A stretch of DNA of 60,000 nt from Lytechinus pictus. Taxonomy: Eukaryota. Each line of letters starts with the position of its first letter. The stretch's first letter is position 1. The translations under genes were made by a program, and so were the position numbers. The stretch lies in contig NC_087251.1 of the NCBI RefSeq assembly GCF_037042905.1, forward strand, positions 20,896,001 to 20,956,000. The letters run 5' to 3'. The notes beneath the pieces were generated by a model. It was not told where the DNA came from, ran no database searches, and saw nothing but the letters and a program-made list of their open reading frames with translations. Positions 37,401-51,400 of the stretch are shown piece after piece.

Positions 37401-40400
37401 GAAGTATGCCTTGTCATGTTACGTAAAAAGGTGATTGTATAAAATAAATGTCACTAGTAGTATGCCAGCTTTGCAATAATGTGGCACTAGAATGTAATCA
37501 TCGAAGCATGCTGCTGCTGTTGATACCTGATGTATGCTCAGTAATAAATCATTGCTTTTACAAATCATGCTCTTTGTCTATAAAAGGACAGCATGCATGA
37601 CAAATTTGTACTATAGCTTCCCATAGCCACAATTAACTAAATCTTCAGAACTTTCATGAGACAGTCTTGCTTTTCACAATCAACAAATTTCATGCCTTGA
37701 AGATGATGAAATTTACCAAATCATAGTTGAATTAATTCTCAAGTTATTTCAAAACACTGTTTAACCATAATTTATAAGGACTGTGACGCATAAGAACCAC
37801 TATTACTAACGATATACTAAATGAATGATGGTCTCTTATAACTAGCAGTCCTCATAGATAACAAGCATACTGCAGCTGATTGGCTTACCAGTACATCATG
37901 TGACAATGCCTGGTATGTCCATGTATGATGGAGAGGCGTGGCCATATCCATGTTCCTATCTAAGATCACTAAGAGAGGGCGCTGAAAACTACAATTGGTT
38001 GAAAAACACAGAATAATGAAAATAATGAATAGATCATGTCTGTAGCTTAGAACCCTGTAACATAAAATATACAATGGTAGAAATTGTACAACGCCTACTT
38101 AGCATGTTGTACGCGAGCAAATGGGAGGCTAAATGTCAAACATTCGTACCGTTGCATACAAGACGTACCATCCAAAATGTACCGTTGCACGGCTTTAGGA
38201 GGTGACGTCACAATACCATTTAATTCATTGCGCTCAGTAACATGAAGGTGCAATACGCGTATAAGCCTGTTGGCTAAATGCCCAAGGTCATGTGCGCTTG
38301 TGGGATTTTGCTTTTCGCTTTCAATTTTTTTGCTCCCTTTTCATAGATTACTGAAGGGAAAAACTCTTGTTTTTTTCATATTTTCGCTAAATTCCGAGGC
38401 GTTGTACAACACAAATAGCAAATATTCTTATTCGTGCAATGGTGCGAGATTTTTTATTTGGTGAAAGAAATAGATGCTCTATTCAACTCGGCTAACGCCT
38501 CGTTGAATAAAGCATCTTTCTTTCACCTCTTGCAAAATCTCGCACTATCGCACTCATGCCTATTCGCTATTTTTATATTATCGAGCATAAGTGTTCTATT
38601 GCAGACCATGATAAAAAACACAATCAAATGTTGATATCAATTGGATCTTTAATGTTACAAACTCCTTCTTTAGTTATATCAACTACTACATTCTCTTCAT
38701 ACCAAAGGCTTTAATATAGAAATCCACCTGTATCTGGAGATACACCTGAAAGTGGGAATAAGCATGCTTGGTATTAAGATATAGAGAAAATGGACTTGTT
38801 TGGCCAGGTAGAGGGTATTGGAATTTTGGAGGTTACTTCATATCAAACTTTCACTTCAATTGAGCAATTTGTGATTGATATTTCACATACTTTACATATT
38901 CAGTTAGATAGCAATATTTTCATCATCAAATTCATTACCATTATGAGTTTCACATTGTCCCTGGAAAACAAGAAAACACACTGAATGTCATCCCTCTTAG
39001 AAATGGATTTTGGTAGGTTAAAAATTAAAGTACAGTTTATCCTTATTCCATATGATAAAACAGGGGGCTCTACATATTTTCTTTGTCAACTCTCAGTGTC
39101 AAGTCGTTTGAGAAATTCATTACATCATACTTTGCAATAAATTTTTTTTTTAAAGAAGTTTTAATGGTTCATAGTTTTCTGCAGCCAGGGGAGGGAAAAC
39201 ATACACTCCTGATCTTACAATTTTATTGCCCATTTACTCCTCATATTTCCTTTGTTAACAATGTTGCCAAGCTTTGTTCTGCTATGTGTTCTCAAACCTT
39301 AGAGAATTCCTACAGCCTCTCTTGAATTCGAGTAATTTCTTCAAGAACCAACTCCCTACATACTCACCTGATCTGACCAGATTGAACACTATCTGTGGTA
39401 AAAAGACTATTCCTTGCATCACGCAGATTCTCTCTGAGCTTCTTGTCAAGTTTCTGGAAAAATATAAGGTAATAATGAAAGTTATCAGAATCCTTTTTCT
39501 TTTCAAATCATCATTTCCTGTTTATAAGTTGATGTGTCAAAACTACACATGAAACAATTCTTCTAAAATATTTCAAATATAAGTTATCAAACTGTGATCG
39601 TACTAACCTCTGCAACCATCTCTGCTGCATTTCCCTTGGCAGACCTGATGATAGGCACTGTTCCCATGGTAACGAAGAATGAAAAGAGGCTATCAACAAT
39701 GGTATCCATGATGGTATCCATTTCTGTGTCTTTAACATCACTTCGATTGATAGCTGAAATAAAGAAATGATGACAAGAGTAAGGACAATGTTTATCTCAG
39801 TGTCTTTTTAACTGTCTTTCTCAGAGTCTGTGTTTTTGTATACTAAAAAAGAATATAAACATGTAAGGATATCAAATCTCTGACTTAAATGAGAAAATAG
39901 TTAGTCTCAGTCATGGTATAGGCACATTATTTAATTTCTAATTTACTGTAGAAGACTGTCCATATATGATGTTGAGTCTCTGTGTTTATACAGGCATGTT
40001 CTATCTGATATTGGGCCTATAGTATAGGATTTTGGGACTATTTCATAATGGTACTAGTTTGATATTAACTTACCATGGTATGATATTGAATCTCTGTTTT
40101 GATGTCTGACTGTGAAGAAGTGGTCTTCCAAGGTGATAAAATTCAAATACTGGTCGAAAACCTTTAAGATAATGATAATGAATAATCTATTTATAAATGG
40201 GTTTAACTAAACCTCTTCAACCTATATATTCATAAATATGTAATGCAGATTGATAACTAGAGGATACATGTGACATGTTTTGAGTCATTTTATGTGAAAG
40301 TATATTCTTGTTACATCCAAAAGTTGAAATTATGCTGAGAGTGCTAATAAGTGGGCAATGCAATAAAATAAGAAACCCCATTGTTCTCCAATCCTATGTC

Positions 40401-43400
40401 ATTCATAAACTACTCAAGACATGAACATTTGTGATCATTACAATTTTTCCTCTGAAGTCAAGAACAGAGACAAATCATTTCATATGATATTGAATCTTTG
40501 TGTTAATATTCACTTGTCTGATCTGATATTGGACCTTTGTTATGATGTACACTTATAAAACATCAGGCATCTTCTATAATGGTACATGCCATACATACAC
40601 AGGTCCTGCAAATAGGGGATGGGACAAGGAATGGCCAGGTATAGAGACATCTAATGACGACTCAATACAATCCCTTTAATTATCTTGCTTGGAGGTTCAA
40701 GCAAAGTATACCAAATAGCCCAGATTATTTCTTGCTTGTTACTTTTCAGCACTTTCCTAGCTCGTATGAAGCCTAGAGAAAGAGTTAACCACCTTAGATA
40801 TAAGACTGACGGCATTACACTGAAGAGCAGCACTGGCAAGGTCTTCTAGTCTCTGGCGAGAAATTGCTGAGATGAAATTCAAGTAGTATGTTACATAAGT
40901 CTGATTCTGGAAGTCCTGTATGAAGAAATAACATACAAAATTAGACATAAAATGTCTGAAATAATCTATCAAAATAATAAACAAATTTGTGAGGTAACAC
41001 AGTATTAAAAAATATGTTTTTGTAGCTCTAAATAATTCAATATCAGTTGTGTAATGAAATAGTGGTCACATGGAAAAATTATGCTCCAAACAATAACAGA
41101 AACTTGACTAACAATTTTATGAAACAAAAAAATATTTATGTATATTAATGTGATGCCTAGTATTGTATTCAAATGGAGAGGTATATACCTGACATATTCT
41201 TTGCACATTTTCTTCTGTTGGTAGGACGAAATACACAGCCGGCACATCTGGTATAGGATCTCGATCAGAATGTAATAACCTAAAAAGTTAGAAATATAAA
41301 TATATTAAAATTGGTTGTTTTGTTTAGCTTATTAACAACTTGACTAATTAAGCATTTATAAAGATGGTAAATTTCAAAGCTTTATCAAGGACAAAGTGCA
41401 CTTCACAACAACATGTTGACTTGGATTAATTTCAAACCAGGGTGAATTGGACTATCCATACAACTAAGGTAGAAAGTGGTATGAGGCACCTTCTTATAGT
41501 CACCTGCAAGTCTTTTCAACTGGAATCCTGCCAGCAATCCTTAATCATCATTAATCCCTGACATTTCATAATAAACCAAACATTGGGGAATGCAGAAAAG
41601 TTAATGTGAAAGGCATTAACACATTTGTATAGGTAAATTCATGCTGAAACAGCTGGAACTGACTTTTGGTAATTTGCCTTAATGCATTACTTGGCAACAA
41701 GAAACATACATGTAGTCAATGTTAATTCGTAATTCTCTGTGATGTCTAAAACAACTGAATATCAAAAATATATGAACTCACAAGTGAAGTGTTACTCCCA
41801 TATCTCTGAGCTCCTTTACTGACAGAAGAGGAGATATAACATCTTGGCCAAAGCGATCATATACAAGAACCTGTAAACACATTGGTAAAGTTGTATGTTG
41901 ATACCATTTAGTAGACCATCATGATGATGTTCACAGGCATGAGGATAAGAAATAATAAGTGGATCAGAAGAGATTGGAAGAAGAATACAATATGATGATG
42001 AAATGATCAAATAAAATATAAACAATCAGAACAGAAGGTACTTCATTATTGTATTTACTTAGAGATATACTTTTGGGTGCAAAGAGGGGATTTTTCATTA
42101 TTTATATTATTTATATTTATATCACTTAAAAAAAAAAAAACAACAACAACCAGCAAGAACTACTGGTAACAACCACTTTTTAAATATTTAGATTTATATG
42201 ACACCTAGATAGATCATTGTCATTTGATTGGTTGTTTGATATTGGTCATTCAGCCCATTTACAATGACATCATCATCCATGCAACTTTGGATCTATTCAT
42301 CATGCAATTTAGGATCTATACAATTTTGTCAGTTGCACGCGTGCACCCAGACTGCAGGCACCACAAATAAATCACTCGTGTTTGCAGCACACATGTTGTA
42401 TGTACGCGACAATCAACAGACCAAGCTTGCACTGCGTGAGCATATTTTGCATTCATAAATTTCATATGAAAAAGAATCTGTTTTTAGGTGTCATATAGAC
42501 CAAATAATGAATGCTCTTATCATTTGTGCAATGGACAGAATACTTCATTCAGTGAGGCGTAAATGGATCATTTCATCTTTCACCTCATAAGAAATTCTGT
42601 CCATTGCACTCATAAACATTCATTATTTGTATACTAGAGGATGATTATTTGTAGGTGTGGGTCAAAAGCAATACTCATTAAATATTTTGTTTTACCTTCC
42701 ATGCTGGTTCTGCAAGTGAAGCTTTTGTCGGAACTGCATTCAGATTCAGCATTCGCTTCAAAGCAGCTGGTACAAAAATAAATAATAATAAATTAACATT
42801 TTTAATTCACCTCGCTTCATACATGAAAAGTTTTATAATATGGTACTGCTATTTGTAACAAATTGAAAATCATTTATCTAAACATAAATTTTTAGCTGCA
42901 TAAGCAATTTAGCATTATTATTCATGACCAAATTCTTACAAAATCCACTGGGATGTGCTCTACTAGCATTCCATAAGTCTTACAGTTGGAATTTGATTCC
43001 AACTTAAATTTGTTTTAAAGTAAATCACTAAATGTTTTAAAAGAGAAATATATAAAACTTGTTTACTTGGTCAGAATTATTTGCATTGATATATAAGCTC
43101 TTGTTGGTATTATAGTTTGTCTAGGGTTTGTTCGGCTTTTAGTTGTCTTATTTTTACTGGAAATAATTTCTGTTATTTCAATTTATACCATTATGTTAAG
43201 TATCTTGGGTTGGCGTTTATAAGGTTCGTCCTTTCTTGCCACTGCCTACACTCATGTTCTTTACAAATTTTATTGCAGGGAATAATTTTCCTGGTATTGC
43301 ATCGCAATTTGCTCCACAATTTTTAAAGACTGCTATGTATAAAGTTTTTTTAAAGCATATATTTACATAGGACTGTACATTACTTAGTTGAGAGCTTTTC

Positions 43401-45155
43401 TCTTATGACCAAAAATGCTATTCTTTTTTTAAAGCAAAATTTTACCTATATTGTGTATTATATTGTATGTTTATATGTTTGTTGATTGCTATTATGAGGA
43501 GAAAATTGAGTAGAATCAAAGTAATAAACTCGAAAAGAAAGAGAGAGAGTTGAAATAAGTGTAAATTTAAACTAAAAAAAAGCACAAAATAGCCATAGAC
43601 CTACTATTCATTTTAACTTACAAAAATTAGACAATTGAAATAAATTAGATTTCTTGTTACAAAACAGTATAATAATAAGCTACAGACACAGTAGGCCTAC
43701 CGATACAGAGTTAAGTGAACCTCAATTCAAGAAAACAAACACAAAACAAAATTCAATTCTTAAAGTAGGGTGTCTGGAGAAAAAAATTATTTTTCTTATT
43801 TCAAGAAAATATCACATTTTCTTTGTGAATTTGAAGAGAAATGACGTTCAGACTGACAGAAATGTAACATTTTTGAAAAAAATCCAATTATTGGCTGCAA
43901 AAAATAAGAATGAAATTAGGTCATTTTTCAGCATTTCTCTGCCATAGACTGTGTAGTTAAGAAATGGACACACACAAATCCAAATTTTTAGCTTCCGAGA
44001 GCTGTTTGAAATTTATTATTAATGCCAAAAACTTGTCCATAAAGAGTCCAATAGGATTTTTTATGCTCTATCTGATGGTATGATTTTTATAAAGATTTGG
44101 AAACCAGATCACAATGAAAAATTGCGACAAAGTGAAAAAAATTGTGCAAAACAGAAATTTCATTTTCCCATAGAAAACGCATGGAGAAATGGCAATCTCA
44201 ACACACACAAAAATAAGGGTTTGCAATTTATCTCTAAATCCTTATTTAAAATGATCCTATAAACTTGTCCTTTCTGTCACACACACAAAACACACACACA
44301 CAAAAATAAGGGTTTGCAATTTATCTCTAAATCCTTATTTAAAATGATCCTATAAACTTGTCCTTTCTGTCAAAAGAAGCCCCTGAATTTTCTCTTTCCA
44401 TACATGCCAAACACAAGTTGATAATCAATTCAGATCACATTTTTCTAGTAGCCTGAACTTCCCCGAAAAAATGTGCCATATTTTCCCCTAAATCAGCCTG
44501 TTTTATGCTGACACTTTTCAGTGTGGCTTCAGACACCCTACTTAAAGTTAAAAGATCATGAGGTGCCGAAGTCGACGTCTGTGCACTTTTCTACAACATT
44601 CTCCAAGCCCAAGGCCAAACCAAGCAAGGCAAGAGCAAGGTCGGAGCAGATGCCAGAGCTGCAGCTGGAGGCAGAAAAAGTAAGAAAGTAAAGAAAGTAA
44701 CCCAGGGAACTCCCGCCCGCTGCGCGGGCGGGAGCCCAGGGGCTTACCGTGTATTTGACCATACTCACGGGACTAGCGTGATTTATGGTCTAAATATTTC
44801 TCCAAATGAATTGTGAAAACAGAATGTATGAAAAAAAAATAGCCTTCTTAATTACGAGGCCGAGACTGAGTCTGAGAAACAATTTAACAAATATGCCGCG
44901 CCGAGAGTCGAGAATAGCCACGTCACAACTCACACGAAAAATAATACATGGGACAACAGTCACTCAACTCGTCCGGTAATGTCTTGTCAAATTGGCTAAC
45001 GTTAAAACATGGTGAACAAAGCTATGTTCATCTGAACATATTTGTTCCTATCATAAAATTATGCTATGATTATCCACATAAAATGTTTAGAAAAACTTAC
45101 AAAGAATTTATTTTTTCAACTTACCAATCTGTTTTTCTCTGATGGACGCTGCCAT
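31454..45155 (-). CDS. SCFD1: Sec1 family domain-containing protein 1 (Sly1), 21 coding exons, 638 aa
   Basis: Exons 45155-45125, 42766-42696, 41870-41782, 41279-41189, 40915-40793, 40161-40074, 39753-39608, 39453-39368, 37988-37889, 37157-37018, 36399-36309, 35964-35891, 35593-35512, 35116-34952, 34392-34313, 34027-33889, 33758-33705, 33160-33108, 32717-32615, 32054-31971, 31480-31454. All are GT/AG and phase-consistent (1917 nt). Motifs: [52 protein letters not shown]. Confidence 0.97.
35703..35880. repeat. (CAT/CAC)n compound microsatellite with ~60-bp duplicated unit
   Basis: Directly visible. It explains the four overlapping low-complexity ORFs here. Confidence 0.9.
36074..36140 (+). 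mobile_element. SINE core fragment
   Basis: gtcctttggcaaggcacttatccac...ctccacccaggtgttaaatgagtaactggtagg resembles the core of the SINE at 22535-22816. Confidence 0.55.
36734..36989. mobile_element. PIF/Harbinger-like MITE
   Basis: TIRs ggtcctgtcttacaaagagtt / aactctttgtaagacggggcc with 3-bp TSD CAG. Related fragments lie at ~32315-32370 and 55158-55287. Confidence 0.8.
38080..38571. mobile_element. Interspersed element with two inverted-repeat modules
   Basis: ttgtacaacgcct (~38084) pairs with aggcgttgtacaa (~38397). Then ~70-bp imperfect arms span 38414-38571 around caactcggctaacgcctcgttg. Confidence 0.6.
42503..42627. repeat. Imperfect inverted repeat related to the 38414-38571 module
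   Basis: ataatgaatg..gtgcaatggacagaat / attctgtccattgcac..cattcattat. Confidence 0.6.
43766..44540. mobile_element. Non-autonomous DNA transposon (hAT/P-like) in SCFD1 intron 1
   Basis: TIRs tagggtgtctg / cagacacccta flanked by the direct repeat cttaaag(t). It contains an internal ~80-bp tandem duplication at ~44200-44372. Confidence 0.75.
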
Positions 45156-47104
45156 GTCGTCAAAAAATTATTTTTAATAATGAAGTTGGCGACTATTAAT
45201 GGTAGTGTCTAAAACATAACGTGAGAGAAAAAAAGATAAATAAAGCAAACAAGTTTTACACTGGTTTTACCATGTTTCCTCAGGGTAAGACAACGTGAGT
45301 TAAGGCCTAATTATTACTCTACAAAAGTGGAATACATGTATAAACACATCGACGGAAGATCGGGCTAAAGGCCTAAGCAAGCACGTTTACAAGGTTCATT
45401 AATTTCAAAGAAATTTGAGCAAAGAATTACACAAACAGTTTTTGAAAATCAATTCATTTTTTTTGCTATTTGCAGAATACTTGTAATTTGATATAAAAGT
45501 CATATTTCAAAACTCCATGTCCAGAAGAATTAAAGTTGATGATAAAAGAGGGTGGGGTATACCGGTATATAAGTTCTGTGAAGTGACTCATATGCTAACA
45601 TTTCAGTATTCTTCTTGAATCAGGTATATTTCTTCAGTTTATGCGAATTATTAATAATTATAATATAGAGCATTAATGAAACGCCGATTATCTATTTGCC
45701 TATCAATGGCGCACAATAGGCATATATATATATCCCGGCTAGCTAGCTTCAGCTGGCTACAGGCGCATTCAAGGAATTGATTATATAAATCCTATAGGGC
45801 CTAATACAGCCCCCATAAGTCTATGGGAAATATGAGTTTCGAATAAACCTTCATTAGACCACCGGGTGCACATGGCACCAACATTTTTTGAACCGAGGGG
45901 GGCGGCGGGAAGATCAGTGATATGCCGTCTGGATTTATGGGGGCACCGGGGGCTAATGCCACATGGGCGGTGACGACTGCAATCGAGATCGCGATTCCGC
46001 AACCTGATATGTCACCCTTGGATGATAAATTCCAATCATGTTCTATATGCCGCTTTTATGTAGCTTAGAAGTAATCGGAGCGATTAATTCTAATTATTTT
46101 TGCCAAAAGATCTTTCAAGAAGTAAACTTTAGTTTTGCAGTGATACTTGGGGTTTTTGATGGGCACCGACCCCGTCTTGTACCGTATGGGTGAATGGGGA
46201 ATCGGGGCTAAAACTTAATTTCTAGTATCAACGGTATACATAGTGCTCAGTGCCCGGTACACGGTTGCTTTCGAATATGACTCAATTAGGTTCCGCCGAT
46301 GTCGGATCAGACAACAATAGGCCTATACATCAGGCGCGGCCTTGAGAAGCAAAATTAGAATTTGTAATGTGAAAATGCCATTAAAACATAGGTGTGCCCT
46401 CTTTTGAAATTGAAGACCTTTTTTTCGGGTACGAAATATACTTAATTTGTGGTTGATTATTTTTCCTCCGAAAAATTTGCCCTACCCCCTTTTGGAAAAT
46501 CCTGGATCCGCCCCTGTACATATAGGCATACCTACTTCGCAGTTGGTTCATTATGTAGCAATGAAGGATCAGGGGTGACGCAAGGATATTTTAATAGGGA
46601 GAGGGGGCAGGCACGACGACCATTTTTTCTGACCTACTCCTCTCTCAGTTTCTTAATGCTCTTATTCTCCTTTCTTCCTTCTTCTCTCGATCTGTTTTCT
46701 TCTTCTCACTTTAGAAAAAAAAACCCGTAGGCCTAGTGCAAGAAGTGGTTCGCGCCCCTGCCCACTGTAGGCCTATGCCGCCCCGCCCCTACAGGCACTG
46801 GAAGATATTACCTCTGAATGTGTTTGCAACCCAACCAATTAAATAATTACGCCCATAGTGCTGCTCAGAAAATATATTTGATTCTCCACTGGCAAAAAAA
46901 TCGTCACAATTAGTAAATCATGTGTTAACAGTCAAAACTACAATTTTCAAGAATTCCCTGTCAAGTAATGGAGATAATGGGATTATCTCTTTCTTTATTA
47001 TTAAACAAAACGATTTATGATATAAGGTACAAAAGATCATCTATTTTTTAACAATCATATATTAGAATAGTAACAAGCATTGTCTGGTACAAATTAAGTA
47101 CGTA

Positions 47105-47310
47105 AACAATTTAAACATCTCTGTTTACAATGTGAATCGCACAGTAGTTGTTTAAACATTTTAAACAAGTGTTTAAAATCTTAAACAACAGTTTAAATTC
47201 AAATATTTAATCATCAATAATATAGGTTTGATTGTTTAAGATTTTAAGCACTTGTTAAACAACGTACTACTGTGCGATTCACGTAGTAAACAGTGTTGTT
47301 TAAATTATTT
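47105..47310. mobile_element. Palindromic MITE
   Basis: aatttaaaca..ctgtttac..gtgaatcgcacagtagt pairs with actactgtgcgattcac..gtaaacag..tgtttaaatt, and inner arms are also complementary. Confidence 0.7.
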
Positions 47311-48133
47311 TTAAGACTGTATTCATGCCTTCATGGAAATATCATATAATCATACTGAAGAAAGAAAATCGTATCATTTTTTTGTTGTTTTTATTCCCGT
47401 GGGATAAAAATATCATATAACATTACAGGCCTGTATTATTATAAAGTGTAAATATTCCAATCATTTTAACAAGAAAAGAAAAACGAAGGTGGCGAATCGA
47501 TATTGTATAGGCCTACCCTTTTTATATTCTATCCGATGCAAGAAGACTTTTACTGTGAAAATGCAGGCATATGGATTGAAGATGTGAAAAAATGGATTTG
47601 ATTTCATAGTCATATAAACTACAGGGAAATGCTTTGTATGATGTTATTTTTATTTATCTATTTATTTATTTTCCACTCGTGGGCTGGATGGCCCTCTTCA
47701 GCCACAGGCTGTTCTACTGAGGGGTCCAGTGGACACGTTTAAAAATACAAAATACAATGTACAAACAAATACATATATAAAAGAAAACATAAATCAATCC
47801 TAATATATACAAGGTAAGTTACGACTACAAATAACAACCTATATGGTGTTAATCAACATAATTATGGCATTCACACAATAGCAACCACTTTGAAACATTA
47901 CCCTTTATAATAATTATTGTGTTAATTAAAAAACTTGATTTTGGAGGGGGATCACCATACTGTCACATACGATTTTTCTGGGGGGGGGGGGGCAAATGCA
48001 ATGTTGCTTCGAAGACCATCGACACGAATCAATATTTGTGCGTTTTTCATATTTTCCCAGATTTATTTCATACGAGTGAAATCTATTGGTTTATAGGGCC
48101 TAATCATAATTACTGTCAATTCGACATCTCACC

Positions 48134-48379
48134 CAGTGGCGGATCCAGGGGGGGGGGGGTGGAAATTCGGCCCTTGCCCAGCCCCCCTCCCCCTCTGAGA
48201 GCCACATAGTCAATATTTTAATGTGAATATGTTGTTCATACACAAGTGTGCCCCGGCCCCTTTGAGAGTCACAGCATATATTTCGAATGAGAATATGGTC
48301 TTCATACACAAGTGAGGATCACCTTTACCTAGGAAACATGATGTGGCCCCACCCTTTGAAAATCCTGGATCCGCCCTTG
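48134..48379. mobile_element. hAT-like MITE
   Basis: cagtggcggatccagg / cctggatccgcccttg with 8-bp TSD atc(t/c)cacc. A related right end is at 46500-46516. Confidence 0.75.
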
Positions 48380-48427
48380 ATCCCACCGATCAGTGCCAAG
48401 GTCTTCAAAGCGAGAAACAAATTAATG

Positions 48428-51400
48428 TCACTCAACTTTCTCTTTTCTCCTTTTACAAATGCATCGGATCAGTAAACGGCGCGAGCAAACAAGAAGCCCT
48501 ATATGACCAAAGCCGTAGAAAATATGAAAATCAGGATAACATCAATCAAATAGTATTGAATGATATTGAGCTCATTTATTGGTGTACGCATATAGGAGCC
48601 TCCATATTTCATCACATGTTCTAGCCAGAATATACCGGTGTCGGGTGGGGTAATGTCGTGATCCCTAAAGATTGCCGAAGTCCGCTGAATATTTTTGCCG
48701 TACCGCTGCAAATAATAATTATAAATAAAACGATAAGAATCAACTTCATGAGATTATGATGTAATTTGTTATAATATTTCATTATGATTTAAGACATCTT
48801 TTCTTCTGTTTCAATTCGTTTACATTTAAATCAAGAGAGAGATTCTCATATCTAAAAAGGTGGTATTGTTTGGTCATCTGCATATGATCATGATGATGTG
48901 CATGTATATCCAAAGGAATATGACAGATACATGTAATATATCACATACATTGGGAATTATTTAAACATCCGTTTAACTGTAAAGAATTGTGACCTGGAAG
49001 GCACTCATTTTCACAAAATGTTTTCATGAATCTTCAAGGAATTGTATTTGGGCTAACCATCATTCATGATCCGTCACCCTTAAACATGCTAAGCCCCGGT
49101 TAAGCCTATATCAAATATATTGTAGGCCACATTATTTTCGGTTCGTATAAAGCCAAGAGCCAACTAAACACATTGATTCCCATTGTTTTTAGTCCAAAAC
49201 TTGGAATATAGCCAAAAAAGTTTATATATGTGTTTATCGAAAACGGGAATTAATCAAGACTACCAAACTCGGGATCCAACAGCCATGACAGTCATCAAGT
49301 AATTAATCCAACTTATATTTCAGTGTGATTTCCACTATAACATCTCCAAAAGTTAGCATATTAACTATTTAGCATTTTGCATTTTTAATTGAAAAGGCAC
49401 TGTTAGGATAATGACTTTCGAACAAGCAGTAAACATATCGAGTAAAGGCCAAGTATTTGACAAATTAAAATATATAGTACTACTTCTACCTATCATTTGT
49501 AATGACGTCAGTCAAAGCGGAGTGGATGATATCGACACTGAGACTGAACTTGTCCAAGACCTTTCCCAGTCCCCTAGGGGTCACCCTGGCGGCAACATCG
49601 TGTTGGTCAACGTAGAAAGGGATGACGACCATGGGTACAGCATGGTAGACGGCCTTGTAGAAACCATTGTTGCCTCCTTGGTACATGAAGGCCCGTGTCT
49701 TTGGGTTACCTGATTGCAAGAGAATGGGGATGGGCATAAAATATTAGATCTCAATATGATTTTATTAATCCATGTCATATAAAAGCATTACATCCTACCA
49801 CGAAACATACTCACTAGTACTGTCGTATTTAGTGTTTTTTTAATACGATTAGGTGTTGGGGCAACCCCAGCGCTTATCCCGGGGGGACAGATTTTGGAAG
49901 GGGCACAAGCTATAGAGCTTGCATGCCTGGGGATCCATTTTTTTGAGGTGTACCACTGGAAATCAATAATTGGTGAATAAACATATGCATTTATATTAGC
50001 TGGGTGGCACTGCTGACATATGGCTTTGAAATATTTTTTCAGATGTCCAACATCTTTCCCAGTAGCTCAGTGAGCCAAAAATTTGAGGGGGCACAACAAG
50101 TCCCGAGAAGGCGAAGCGAGCGAGCAAAACTTTTGACCTGTTTAAAATGAAAATATAATTATTATTATTTTTTTTTTGGGGGGGGGGGCACATTTTCTCC
50201 ATTATTGATCTCTCTTTCGATCGGCAAACACCAGTCTATATATAGTTGTAAATTTTTACCTAGTAAATCATTTTGTGGTAGCCATAGCATGATTTTGACA
50301 TTTCCAGGCAATTTATGATGTCAGCCCTGTCTCTGAGCTGCCATATTACCCTCTGGGGTAATCGTTCAAAAGCCTGTGCAAACATCTTTAAGATGTCGGA
50401 GTCCATGGCGGTGAGGTATGACCCAAGAGTGAAAACCACTACCCCATAGTAACCAGAATTCATAACAAAGTCTTCGAGCTCCTGAAGAGAAAATGACAAG
50501 AGGAATGGTTAGTGGGTGAGATGGGAAGACTTCTTTGTCGATCATGCATCATAAAGACTGTGATCATATATGCATTGTTATGCTTTTGTAATATATATAT
50601 ATATATATATATATCTACAAGTATTCGCTATGCTGCCATTCCTCCGTCTGAATACGATATGCCCACATAGGTTTGCTCAAGAAAGGAGGAATATTACGAT
50701 TATGACAATGTGCATAATATCATGAAACATTATGATGATAGTGAAGTGATATTTTAGTTGCAGTATACTTCTCGAAATTTTTTAATTACCTTATTGCAAA
50801 GGGCCCATCTGATAAAAACGACTCGGTGATTTAATACACTTATTAAAAACAAAATATCTGCTCGTCTTAAACAAATTTTGATTTATCCCCGCCCGAACAC
50901 ATAGCTAGTTAGGTAGGATTCTGCATTATAGGGCAGGGATGTAAATCAGGTTGAAGATCTCCTTAATAGATAAAAGGAAATAAAATGGTAAATCTCTCAC
51001 ACTTTCAAGAGGTAGAGAAGGTCTAGTTGTAAGCCCACCAACAGGAATGATGTTAGGAGTTGTAGGAAAAGGAAACTCCGCCGCAAAATCGCAACTGAAG
51101 AGATACAAGTCAGAAGACCTGAAGGATCAAAGTTGTATTGTTCAAAATAAGTTCACACGAAATTACCATGTGTTGCCGGAGCTCTTCCGCCATAGCATGA
51201 GCCTTCAAGCTCGACTTCTCGAAAGCGATGCTGTTGATGACTTTGAATTTCTCGCGGAAGACCTCTGGTTACACTCCGTGATCAAATATCTTGAAGTCAA
51301 AGATGGGGGCAAAGCGAGGATTATTAGCCTGTTCAGCGTATGCTTGACCAATCAAAGCTGTGACATTGTGGCCGCGTTTTACAAGGGATTCTGCTATAGC

